A DNA stretch of 64,000 bases from IMG/VR virus record IMGVR_UViG_3300021961_000078, positions 4,118 through 68,117 of that record; one strand, given 5' to 3'. Source of the stretch: a virus. How positions within the stretch are numbered: the first letter of the stretch is position 1; the number at the start of each line of letters is the position of its first letter. Under the pieces are notes generated by a model that searched no databases, had not been told where the DNA came from, and worked only from the letters and a program-made list of their open reading frames with translations. Made by a program: the position numbers and the translations under genes. Shown here in pieces: positions 9,459 to 19,041 of this stretch.

Positions 9459-10262
9459 TTAACCGTAGTATTCATAAACAACTACGACGCCTTCACGTCC
9501 TCTAGCACCTCTGTTACCTTCACGAGCACCGTTACCTCCAGCACCCCAAGCGGCGTGAGATTGGTGATTGTGTGCATAGTTTCTTTGGTTATACGATGAA
9601 GGTTGCGTGCCACCCATATATGATGCACCTGCGGTGTGATTTCCATATGAGTGATATGATCCGTGACCATTACCGCCACCACCATATACATTTAGAGTAC
9701 CACCAGATCCATTGCCACCAATGCCTCCAGCGTGCTGCTGTCTACAGTTAGCACCATATCCGCCAGATGCTGAGCAATAACTGCCAAATGACGATGTATT
9801 TCCACCACCCCCACATCCAGAGTAGTTTGTGCCACCACCAGGATTTCCTACAGTAACAGTGACTGATGAGACGTTGGTAACATCGAGCATACGCTCTGAC
9901 ATACCACCAGCACCACCAGATTCACAGAAACCTGATCCACCACCACCAGCACCAACTACTTGGACGCGAATAGATTTAACGTTACTAGGTCTACTCCAAG
10001 TGCCGTTAGATGTCCACACCTGCATAGAGCGAAACCCTGTGGTTGTGCTGACATCAACCCATTGGAGATTCGTACCATTGGTAGACAGATATTTTCCACT
10101 CTGGAGAGATGGAATGATATAGTTGGAAGAACCTGAGATAGATCCGTTAATCGAAAGATTATTCACCTTCAAAGTGCCACTAACAGTGATGGATCCACCA
10201 GAGAGAGTGAAACCACCAATACCTGCTAAGTCTTTAATAGATGCTACTTTAAGAACGCTCAT
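9459..10262 (-). CDS. Glycine-rich tail-fibre/adhesin-like protein, paralog 3
   Basis: MSVLKVASIKDL N-terminus, GKYLSTNGTNLQW linker, MQVWTSNGTW..VVGAGGGGSG..GVVVVYEY Gly-rich domain. Confidence 0.75.
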   Translation of the reverse strand: MSVLKVASIKDLAGIGGFTLSGGSITVSGTLKVNNLSINGSISGSSNYIIPSLQSGKYLSTNGTNLQWVDVSTTTGFRSMQVWTSNGTWSRPSNVKSIRVQVVGAGGGGSGFCESGGAGGMSERMLDVTNVSSVTVTVGNPGGGTNYSGCGGGGNTSSFGSYCSASGGYGANCRQQHAGGIGGNGSGGTLNVYGGGGNGHGSYHSYGNHTAGASYMGGTQPSSYNQRNYAHNHQSHAAWGAGGNGAREGNRGARGREGVVVVYEYYG

Positions 10263-10289
10263 TGGACACTTCCTTCTTAGATGTATTTA

Positions 10290-11099
10290 TCAACCGAAAA
10301 ACTCTTGGACAACAACTACACCTTCACGTCCTCTAGCACCTCTGTTGCCTTCACGAGCACCATTGCCTCCAGCACCCCAAGCGCAATGAGATTGGTGATT
10401 GTGTGCATAGTTTCTCTGGTTGTGTGATGAAGGTTGGGATCCACCCATGTAACTACATCCAGCAGAGTGATTACCATAGATGTGATATGAACCATGTCCA
10501 CATCCACCACCACCATACACATTTACACTACCACCAGATCCATTGCCACCAATGCCTCCAGCGTGTTGTGAGCGACAGTTAGCACCATATCCACCAGATG
10601 CAGAGCAATAACTACCAAACGATGAAGTGTTACCATTACCCCCACATCCAGAGTAGTTTGTGCCACCACCAGGATTTCCTACAGTAACACCAACGGATGA
10701 AACATTAGTAACATCCACAACACGCTCTGCCATACCACCAGCGCCGCCAGATTCAGCAAAACCCGATCCGCCGCCGCCAGCACCAACAACAGTTACGATG
10801 ATAGATTTACATCCAGTAGGTCTATTCCAAGTGCCGTTAGATGTCCACACCTGCATGGATCTAATGCCACTACCAACAGTTGCAGTCTGCCATTCCAGAC
10901 CACCACCTGTTGATGCCAAAATCTTTCCAGAGTTACCTGCTTGTGGGGGAATTACATATGCAGACTGACCCTGAATCTGACCGTTAATAATAACATTAGA
11001 TATAGTGAGAGTAGTGCTTACAGTGATACCACCGCCCGAGAATTGAAAACCCGCCGAGTCGGTAAGATCCCTAATAGATGCTACTTTTAACTGTGACAT
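10290..11099 (-). CDS. Glycine-rich tail-fibre/adhesin-like protein, paralog 2
   Basis: Same architecture; C-terminal ~190 aa nearly identical to neighbours. Confidence 0.75.
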   Translation of the reverse strand: MSQLKVASIRDLTDSAGFQFSGGGITVSTTLTISNVIINGQIQGQSAYVIPPQAGNSGKILASTGGGLEWQTATVGSGIRSMQVWTSNGTWNRPTGCKSIIVTVVGAGGGGSGFAESGGAGGMAERVVDVTNVSSVGVTVGNPGGGTNYSGCGGNGNTSSFGSYCSASGGYGANCRSQHAGGIGGNGSGGSVNVYGGGGCGHGSYHIYGNHSAGCSYMGGSQPSSHNQRNYAHNHQSHCAWGAGGNGAREGNRGARGREGVVVVQEFFG

Positions 11100-11122
11100 A
11101 GCAGTTTCTTTTTAGTTATTTA

Positions 11123-11932
11123 TCAACCGAAAAACTCGTGGACAACCACAACACCTTCACGTCCTCTAGCACCACGGTTACCATGCTGAGAACCATTACC
11201 ACCAGCACCCCAAGCAGCATGTGATTGGTGCCTGTGTGAATAATTTGACTGGTTGTGTGATGAAGGTTGTGACCCACCCCAGTATGAAACTCCACCAGCA
11301 TGAGTGCCATAGGAGTGGTGAGATCCATGACCATTACCACCACCGCCGTAGATATTCAAACTACCACCAGATCCATTGCCTCCGATGCCTCCAGCGTGCT
11401 GCTGTCTACAGTTAGCACCATATCCACCAGATGCACTACAGTATGATCCAAAGGATGAGGTATTTCCACCACCCCCACATCCAGAGTAGTTTGTGCCACC
11501 ACCAGGAGTGCCTACAGTAACAGTAACTGATGAGACGTTAGTAACATCCACCTGTCTCTGTGCAGTACCACCAGCACCACCAGATTCACAGTGTCCAGAT
11601 CCACCGCCGCCACCGCCAGTTACGGTTACCATAATAGTTCTTACACCACTGGGTTTACTCCAAGTGCCGTTAGATGTCCACACCTGCATGGATCTAACAC
11701 CAGTCTGGGTGTTAAGAGTACCCCACTGAGTTGTGGAACCGTTGTTAGTTAAAAACTTGCCACTATTTCCAGATGGATTAGGAATCAGAAATCCAGAAGA
11801 TCCACTAATAGTGCCATCAACCACTAGGTCAGTCACAGTTAAAGTGCCGTTAGCAGTAACACCCCCAGAGGAGAGCGTAAAACCACCCACACCACTTAAA
11901 TCTTTAATAGCATTTACATTTAACTGTGCCAT
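11123..11932 (-). CDS. Glycine-rich tail-fibre/adhesin-like protein, paralog 1
   Basis: Same architecture; GNSGKFLTNNGSTTQW linker. Confidence 0.75.
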   Translation of the reverse strand: MAQLNVNAIKDLSGVGGFTLSSGGVTANGTLTVTDLVVDGTISGSSGFLIPNPSGNSGKFLTNNGSTTQWGTLNTQTGVRSMQVWTSNGTWSKPSGVRTIMVTVTGGGGGGSGHCESGGAGGTAQRQVDVTNVSSVTVTVGTPGGGTNYSGCGGGGNTSSFGSYCSASGGYGANCRQQHAGGIGGNGSGGSLNIYGGGGNGHGSHHSYGTHAGGVSYWGGSQPSSHNQSNYSHRHQSHAAWGAGGNGSQHGNRGARGREGVVVVHEFFG

Positions 11933-11955
11933 TTGGTTAGACTATTACTCCTGTC

Positions 11956-12267
11956 TTATTTATCAAGGTATTGTTTCATTGTATTGAAGAATGATCCACC
12001 TTTGTTGAGTGAATTATTATTCAAATCATGCCATAACAACTCAAGTTGCTCTTCAAGAGTTGGTTTAGGCGGAGGTGCAAACCTATCTCTAATATCCCAT
12101 TCCCTTTGCACTTCCTCGCACATTGCTTCTAATCTAGCAACAGAAATACTGGGAAACTCTGGATCATGAGGAAACATAATAGTGCTCATATCACCATCAG
12201 TCATAATAAAGTCTTTACCATCAGAGAGGCGACGGATCGCCTCTGCTTTCACATCATCAGAAAACAT
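11956..12267 (-). CDS. Small tail-fibre-associated protein
   Basis: KPTLEEQLELLWHDL motif resembles that in 8996-9427. Confidence 0.55.
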   Translation of the reverse strand: MFSDDVKAEAIRRLSDGKDFIMTDGDMSTIMFPHDPEFPSISVARLEAMCEEVQREWDIRDRFAPPPKPTLEEQLELLWHDLNNNSLNKGGSFFNTMKQYLDK

Positions 12268-12268
12268 A

Positions 12269-13168
12269 TTAACCTCTAATTTCCATTGCCATCAAGGTGC
12301 TGATTGATCTCATATCATTACCATCTCTATCGTTAATGTAGAGATTTCTTGTACCACCACTCCAAGATGCAGATGCACCGACACTATATGTCTGGGGATT
12401 GATGCTATTTGGCATATCCATATACATCAAATTCATATTCCACATCAAACCATCTTGATCATCACCACTATAGAATGTGGATACACTACCGCTGCTTACG
12501 TTAGTATTTCCACTAAGTCCTGAAGTAAGGATACTATTGTTTCTCAAGAAACCAAACGAGCAAACATGACGAGCAGTCGTATTAACCATTGCCATCAACA
12601 GGATCTTAGAGGATGTATGTGATGGTTGAATGGTAACTTCCAAGTTAGGAATTGCACTAAGATTTTGCGCTTGGATCAAATATCGTGATGCTGGGGTTTG
12701 AGAATATCTCACCTGAAGGACTTGACCTTCACCAACGTCATTATCCTCACCACCAAGAATAAACCAGGATGCTGCATTCTCAATGGTAACTGTATAACCA
12801 TTTTGAATTTCTACAGGACCAGCAGTGAATCCATTACGAAACTCCTCACCACCATTTGCAACAGGACCAACAGTGATATTTTGATTGATGAAGTTTGCGT
12901 TAGTGCGAATGATCGAATCTTCACCAACAGAAGGACCACCGCCACCAACATCATCCCAACCAGGCACACCTGCCTGTGCATCCTGAAGGTAGATCTGTGC
13001 CATATCTTCAGTGGTGTTATACACCAGTGTGCCATAGGCAGGTGTGCCTAAAGCATTGATGGCAGTCTGGTTTAGTGCAGGCAGATTGATCTGCTCAGTG
13101 ACAGACAGTGCTTCAATAATAGCACGGGTCGCTGCATCAATCTGATTGCCTATGATTTTGGTAGACAT
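12269..13168 (-). CDS. Tail-fibre-like virion protein
   Basis: GTLVYNTT, IIRTNA..GPVEI, GQVLQV..IQPSHTSSKIL..SISTLMAMEI modules. Confidence 0.7.
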   Translation of the reverse strand: MSTKIIGNQIDAATRAIIEALSVTEQINLPALNQTAINALGTPAYGTLVYNTTEDMAQIYLQDAQAGVPGWDDVGGGGPSVGEDSIIRTNANFINQNITVGPVANGGEEFRNGFTAGPVEIQNGYTVTIENAASWFILGGEDNDVGEGQVLQVRYSQTPASRYLIQAQNLSAIPNLEVTIQPSHTSSKILLMAMVNTTARHVCSFGFLRNNSILTSGLSGNTNVSSGSVSTFYSGDDQDGLMWNMNLMYMDMPNSINPQTYSVGASASWSGGTRNLYINDRDGNDMRSISTLMAMEIRG

Positions 13169-13197
13169 TCGATCCCTCTAAGTTTAACTATTTATTT

Positions 13198-16100
13198 CTA
13201 GATAACCAATTCACGGATCATAACGTTATCACCAGTCTGGGGAGTTGTGCCCACAGAGAAGTCAACAGCGTTTGCAGTCACAGTATAGTCAGTGCCAGGA
13301 CGCTGACAAACACCATTCAAGAATACCAGGACAGAGTTTTGATTGTGTCCAGGCGAAATTGCGAATGAAGTAGTGCTACCATTACCAGTATACATGACAC
13401 CATTGTTGCCATTATTGACACCTGTTGCCAGTGAGTATTTATCTGCACATCCATACCTACCAGTCACATCCAGGTTTCCAGTGATCTCAGTATTACCAGA
13501 GATTCTCATTCTGTTATTGGCATCAGGGGCAATTCCGATACCATAATGTGTTTCACCAGAGAATCTTTGTGAAGTGATAGGTCCAGTATCACTCAGACCA
13601 AACTTATACCAGATTCCAGATTCATAAATCCAACCAAGGAATGTGCCAGGAGTCCAGTCAACATTATAGCAAAGATCACCAGTGTTAAATGCAGCAAGTG
13701 GATCCACATCTGGGTTGCCAGCACCATCGTCAGGTGCCATCAGAATGTTTCTCAGCACCGTGCCATCATCGTTAGACAGTGTGAAGTTGAGAGTCTGAAT
13801 CTGATCCTGTGATGTAATCTTCTTCTGGAAGGTTACAGGACCTGAGAATACAGATTCCAACTGGTTAGATGCACCACCAATAACAGTCAGTTTATCAGTC
13901 AGCACCAACTCAGAGAATGTCTCAATCGTTGTGCCTTCTTCACCCAACACATTCAACTGTGCAATATCCTCGTTAGTGATCTGACCTGTAACTGGGTTGA
14001 TAACTTGGTTACCAACAAACAACTCACCATCACTATTCACACCAGAGTAGTATGCAACGCCTGCTGCTTCTTTGAGTGACTGAGATAGTCTAACTGCTTC
14101 AGGTGAGAGCACTTCCACCTGAGTAGATGGGAATGCTGTTGAATAGTTACCAGGACCAAATCCAAGATACTCAAACGTGTGACCAGATGCACGAAGAATA
14201 GAATAACGACGCAACTCAATCAAGATAGGTTGGACAGAGTTGTCAGCATTCAGTTTCAGGGGGATCTTACGCTCTTCAGCATCACCAAGACGTGCAGTCA
14301 CAGAGATACCATTCAGCACGTTTGATGTAGTGTTATAACCTAGGTTATTCTCAGATTCCAACAGGAAGAATTGAGATGATTCCTTAGTAATAGATCTCTC
14401 TGTGTCTAGATTGGGTGTAGGTGAAGCACCATCAGTTGTAAATACTTCACCAATGATTTCATTATCGGCAATAGACACAGCAGCAGGAGGATCTGCCACA
14501 GGGTTATCTCTGTCAAATGCAGGATACAGATCAACCGTATTCTGAGAGAAGTAGAAATCGTTGAAGTTTGATGTAGAAGGAGCAACAGATGCATTCAAGA
14601 ATGTCAGATAGTAGATACCATCTGCAACACCACGCTCAAACTCTTGGAATGTCTCTACACTATAGATGTAGTATGTCTTAGAGTATGCAGGAGAGTTTGT
14701 CTCTGATGATCTAGGTTGTGCAACGAAACCTGTAATGGGAGGACGGGGCACAGGGAATGCATCTTTATCGAGCACATAGCGATAACGATAGATTCTGTCA
14801 ACAAGGTTTCTCGCATCGGGCACACGACGGATGAATGTAGTAGGTGTGAATCCGAGATTCTGATAAAGAGAGTTTGCTTGTAGTGTAGTGTAGATAGTGT
14901 TAGCACTTGCATCTACTTGAATATACCATGCATTATTAACACTATCCCACTTCAGAGGTGAGTCATCATCACCAGCACGAGTGCCAGTTACTTGCTTACC
15001 TGAAGGATTGATCTCTGCATAGTGTGTGGTAGGTTCTGTTGCACCTGATGCAAGCAGAAGCACATATAGTCTGTCAGGTGTATTAACGTCATCACGTCTT
15101 GCACCAACAGTATAACCTTGCACTTTGCTTGGTGGTCTACCTGTCTCCACTGTATATCCATACAGGAAGAGTTTGGAAGGATCAGCAACACTACGAGTCT
15201 TGTTAATATCAATCGTCACCCAGTTGATAGAGATCTCATCAACATCATCTAGCGACTTAGGTGGAATGACGTGAGTGATTTGACCTGCTTTATCCTTGGT
15301 AAAGGCATTTGCCTTGAAACCTTTGGATCGGAGAGATGTGTTACCAAAGTTGGAGTTAGAGTTGGTAATTGAAAGGTCACCACCACTATCTGAGAAGAAG
15401 TGATCACCGAATCCCACAGCAAACACCGACACAACCTGAATGAATGCGTCATTAGATGCTTTAATGTGGCAATGACGCCATCCCTTACGATACTTACATA
15501 GACCGTTAATGTGTGCGCCAGATCCTGCTGCTTGGACTTCATATGCACCAGTCGTTTGGTTATACAACACAAACGCTCTATCATCTTTTTGTAGTGAAAT
15601 ACCAGTAAACTGTGCAACCACCATCGATTTGAAACCAGTTGCCTCAGCACCATCGGCGTGCATACCATTGATGCCCCACACCGATCTGAGTGACATGTTG
15701 AAGACATATGGTGACGCAGAGTCAACAGTATCAATCTCAACTTTCACCAGAATGTTACTACCAAGTGCGTTACCTGATGGTTCAGCAGACATCTGGTAAG
15801 TGAATTGGTTGCCCTGTGCTGACGTTACCAGGAATGATCCATTGTAGAGGAGAGCATCTTGGTCAGTAGGACCAGTAACACCAGATATATTAACAGCGAC
15901 ACCCACGGAGAATCCATGATTCTTCGGATTGCCCAATTCGTCCACCGTGAAGGCGGTTGCGGTTTGACCATTGCGGATAATCTGGGAAACTGCAAATTCG
16001 TCCGAGATAGGACCCACAATTCTGTTTTCTTCCACCCTGGGTTGCAACTGGTCTTGTGCAACGATGCCAGAGGTATCAGGAATAACAGCATAACCTTTGG

Positions 16101-16770
16101 AGATCTTTTGGTAATACAACTCAAGATCTGCCTTGTTTGCATACTCAAAACATGTCACCTTATGGTGAGAATAGTTAGGAGCAATTTGCGAAAGATCGTC
16201 ACGATAGTAAACACCAGTTGTGTCACCATCAAAGAATGATGCCTGCCAGAAATAGCAACCACCAGTTACCCTAAAGATCGCAGTAGGATCAGGTTCATTA
16301 GCAGCAGTAATGCCGAGACTACCCTGTACTGTGGGATAAGGGACGTATTTCGGAATGAACTTGGTTCGACGTAAGTCCGAACCAACAACAGAAGCACCAC
16401 GAGGGACAATAACACCACCGCGAGTTGAATTAAACTTATAAAGTTCATTGCTTGGAGATGTTAGATCAAAGTTTGAGTTTTCATTAAATGGTTGGATCTG
16501 GTTGTAATCAGAAAGACCAGGACGGTTATCAATTACATATTCAGATGGATACAAATAAATCGAGAAGGCGTCAAATTCGTCGTTTGACAGACCGACTCGA
16601 TACGAAAATCTAGCAACCTCAAGGAATGCACGTTGCAACGTCTTAAACGGACGCAACGCCGAGTTACCTCGGTTGTCATATGCGTCCGATGCATCGAAGT
16701 CATCAGGGTTGACGTAGATAATACGTCCTGTCCTCGACGTAATGATATTCTTAAGACGAGTAAGTGCCAT
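13198..16770 (-). CDS. Large virion structural/tail protein (1190 aa)
   Basis: MALTRL..IIYVNPDDFDASD..RPFKTLQRAFLE N-terminus typical of cyanomyovirus structural proteins; C-terminal YTGNGSTTSF..VFLNGVCQRP fibre module. Confidence 0.8.
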   Translation of the reverse strand: MALTRLKNIITSRTGRIIYVNPDDFDASDAYDNRGNSALRPFKTLQRAFLEVARFSYRVGLSNDEFDAFSIYLYPSEYVIDNRPGLSDYNQIQPFNENSNFDLTSPSNELYKFNSTRGGVIVPRGASVVGSDLRRTKFIPKYVPYPTVQGSLGITAANEPDPTAIFRVTGGCYFWQASFFDGDTTGVYYRDDLSQIAPNYSHHKVTCFEYANKADLELYYQKISKGYAVIPDTSGIVAQDQLQPRVEENRIVGPISDEFAVSQIIRNGQTATAFTVDELGNPKNHGFSVGVAVNISGVTGPTDQDALLYNGSFLVTSAQGNQFTYQMSAEPSGNALGSNILVKVEIDTVDSASPYVFNMSLRSVWGINGMHADGAEATGFKSMVVAQFTGISLQKDDRAFVLYNQTTGAYEVQAAGSGAHINGLCKYRKGWRHCHIKASNDAFIQVVSVFAVGFGDHFFSDSGGDLSITNSNSNFGNTSLRSKGFKANAFTKDKAGQITHVIPPKSLDDVDEISINWVTIDINKTRSVADPSKLFLYGYTVETGRPPSKVQGYTVGARRDDVNTPDRLYVLLLASGATEPTTHYAEINPSGKQVTGTRAGDDDSPLKWDSVNNAWYIQVDASANTIYTTLQANSLYQNLGFTPTTFIRRVPDARNLVDRIYRYRYVLDKDAFPVPRPPITGFVAQPRSSETNSPAYSKTYYIYSVETFQEFERGVADGIYYLTFLNASVAPSTSNFNDFYFSQNTVDLYPAFDRDNPVADPPAAVSIADNEIIGEVFTTDGASPTPNLDTERSITKESSQFFLLESENNLGYNTTSNVLNGISVTARLGDAEERKIPLKLNADNSVQPILIELRRYSILRASGHTFEYLGFGPGNYSTAFPSTQVEVLSPEAVRLSQSLKEAAGVAYYSGVNSDGELFVGNQVINPVTGQITNEDIAQLNVLGEEGTTIETFSELVLTDKLTVIGGASNQLESVFSGPVTFQKKITSQDQIQTLNFTLSNDDGTVLRNILMAPDDGAGNPDVDPLAAFNTGDLCYNVDWTPGTFLGWIYESGIWYKFGLSDTGPITSQRFSGETHYGIGIAPDANNRMRISGNTEITGNLDVTGRYGCADKYSLATGVNNGNNGVMYTGNGSTTSFAISPGHNQNSVLVFLNGVCQRPGTDYTVTANAVDFSVGTTPQTGDNVMIRELVI

Positions 16771-16808
16771 TTACTTGGAATCCTTCTATCTTGAGTATTT
16801 ATTAGTCA

Positions 16809-19034
16809 TTAGGGAGCGGGAGCGCCACCGCCGCCACCGTCATCAGTAGAAATCTTTGTCATATTGACTACAGGGAAGTCATCTGAAGGAGACTCAAAAC
16901 CATTGGCAACATAACTAAGATCTGCAGTGGAGGAATATACCAGCAGATTTTCACCAGGACCAACTACAATAGCAGAGTTTTTATCTGTCTCATTAGCAGC
17001 AACTTGATTATCATAGAAGAGGTAATCTTCTGCACTATACAGATCGGTCTGATCAACAGCAACACCTGTGGAGATAGTTGCAACATCAAATGTCAATGCA
17101 GCAGCGCCACCATTACCCAGTTGACCATCATTGATTTGAATGGTATCAGCAACCAGGAAGTCCTCACCACCATCAACAATGGTAACAGTTGCACCACCAC
17201 CAGCAGCAACAACAACAGTGAAACGTGCAGTTGTAAGATCACCACTACCCGTGGTAGAGTTTGCAGTCAAATTAGGATAAGTGCCCACCACACGGTTTGC
17301 ATCTGCAGCAGAGACATTATTGATACTGAGGATCTTACCATCAACAACTTTAACCTGAGTGCGATCACCATTATTGAGGGTGGGGGTATCGTAGAAGACA
17401 ATCCCGTCACTAAAGGGGGTAGATCCTTCACCCAGAGCAACTTTCAGGTGTGCTTTATCAGGGAACCACTCCTGCACATAACCATAAGGACCCACAGTGA
17501 TTTGCCCTTGCTGCACGGTTTGAGTCACATTATTGATAGTAAAAGTATCAGCAGCAACCAGAGGTTCACCACCAACATCATAGATAAAGATATCACTATA
17601 GACAGGATCATTATCAACAGACGCTGAAAAACCTACTCCAGTAGTACTACCAGCAGGAGTGCCATCTGCATATACAAAGAGGTTGACATTGGTGTTTTCG
17701 TCTACAGCAATAGAAGTATATGCACCCGCCGTGCCTGCTGTGCCGACTTTACTTACACCTTGGGTATATTCTGTACCAGTGCCTCCAGCACTATTAGCAC
17801 CTTCTGGATCGTCACCAGAGAATTTCAGAGGATAGTTAGTGTTACTTGCATCAGTCAGATCAAACACATATGTCCTACCAGGAGTAAAAAATACACTACC
17901 AAGCAAGATGTGATCAGTGCTAGAAGGAGTTTCGGAGAGCAGATATTTGGTTTGAGTATCTGCTGTAGTTGTGGTATCAAATGCCAATACTGCCGATGCG
18001 TTTGAAGTTGCACCAGTGATTGTTTCACCTTCAGTGAAATAATTCAAAAGATATGTGCCGTTGTCCTGAAGTAGAGTGACTGTTGATCCATTGTTATGGT
18101 CAACATCAGCAGTGCCATAAACACCACGATTAAGTGTAAGATCATTACCATTCACATCTGTGATCTCAACAATTTCATTATCGATGATTGCAAAACCACC
18201 TGAAATGAAACCTGTGGAATCAAGCAGAGTGAGTGTGCCATCACCTGCAACAAAAGTTGCACCTTCATCAATAGTAGAAACAGTTGCTGAAGATGACCAA
18301 GCATTAACTGCTTGACCAGGGGAAATAGAAGCAGCAGTTGTGCCAAGGACACCACGAGTAACAGTCAGAGTATTATCGGTTAAGTTAATACCACCAACGT
18401 CAATCTGGGCAATTTCACCACCAGCATCTGATGCACCGATAGTCAGATACATACCATCGCCAAGACCTGTGTTGCGAGAGACCTTAACCGATGTTGTAGT
18501 GCTATTTGCTTCAGCAATACCAAGTTGCACTTGAGTTGCATCGCCACCACGGTAAGTAGCAGTGAAACCAGATGTAGATCCCGTTACAGTTTCACCACCA
18601 AGAAGTGTGCCTGCTAGAGAATCCGCAGCAATGGCAACACCAGTAACATCAGCAACGATTGCATAATAGTATTTGTCCGAGATGTCAATGAATACATCAA
18701 GGATCTTGGCAGTTGCGCCATTAGTAGTGGTAAACTCTGTGCCAGGAAGAGCATCAGAATATGAATATCCAGGGTTAAGACCTATCTTATATGCACTGAT
18801 AGGATTTCCCTTGGTGAATTTATATGTGGATGCCTGTCCGCCATTGGCAGACTCAGGTCCATTCAAATGCAGAACTTGATCGTAGTTGCGAAGCGCCATA
18901 CGATAAGTTGCTGCACTACCACTCTGGTTGCACACATTAACAACTGTGCTGCCAGTTACAGTAGTAGGACACCTATACAGCACCGTATTTGTGGTTGCTG
19001 CTGGTTTATTAGCTGCGAGTCTTCCTGCTGTCAT
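16809..19034 (-). CDS. Virion structural protein (741 aa)
   Basis: Thr/Gly/Ala-rich, repeated GETVTGSTS/GETITGATS and RGVLGT/RGVYGT motifs. Confidence 0.75.
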   Translation of the reverse strand: MTAGRLAANKPAATTNTVLYRCPTTVTGSTVVNVCNQSGSAATYRMALRNYDQVLHLNGPESANGGQASTYKFTKGNPISAYKIGLNPGYSYSDALPGTEFTTTNGATAKILDVFIDISDKYYYAIVADVTGVAIAADSLAGTLLGGETVTGSTSGFTATYRGGDATQVQLGIAEANSTTTSVKVSRNTGLGDGMYLTIGASDAGGEIAQIDVGGINLTDNTLTVTRGVLGTTAASISPGQAVNAWSSSATVSTIDEGATFVAGDGTLTLLDSTGFISGGFAIIDNEIVEITDVNGNDLTLNRGVYGTADVDHNNGSTVTLLQDNGTYLLNYFTEGETITGATSNASAVLAFDTTTTADTQTKYLLSETPSSTDHILLGSVFFTPGRTYVFDLTDASNTNYPLKFSGDDPEGANSAGGTGTEYTQGVSKVGTAGTAGAYTSIAVDENTNVNLFVYADGTPAGSTTGVGFSASVDNDPVYSDIFIYDVGGEPLVAADTFTINNVTQTVQQGQITVGPYGYVQEWFPDKAHLKVALGEGSTPFSDGIVFYDTPTLNNGDRTQVKVVDGKILSINNVSAADANRVVGTYPNLTANSTTGSGDLTTARFTVVVAAGGGATVTIVDGGEDFLVADTIQINDGQLGNGGAAALTFDVATISTGVAVDQTDLYSAEDYLFYDNQVAANETDKNSAIVVGPGENLLVYSSTADLSYVANGFESPSDDFPVVNMTKISTDDGGGGGAPAP

Positions 19035-19041
19035 TGTTTAC

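Larger units (their letters stand above)
9459..11932. repeat. Tandem gene triplication (~830 bp period)
   Basis: Identical 37-mer acccccacatccagagtagtttgtgccaccaccagga at 9807, 10638, 11471; identical 31-mer tccaagtgccgttagatgtccacacctgcat at 9995, 10826, 11659. Confidence 0.95.

Noticed and set aside
9482-11343. Repeated alternate-frame ORFs (9482-9691, 10316-10522, 11116-11343) as RiPP-like precursor peptides
   Set aside because: Their similarity follows from the duplicated main-frame DNA; no RBS or independent coding signal seen
9459-11932. Diversity-generating retroelement template/variable repeats
   Set aside because: All three copies are full ORFs, differences are not adenine-specific, and no reverse transcriptase is in the window
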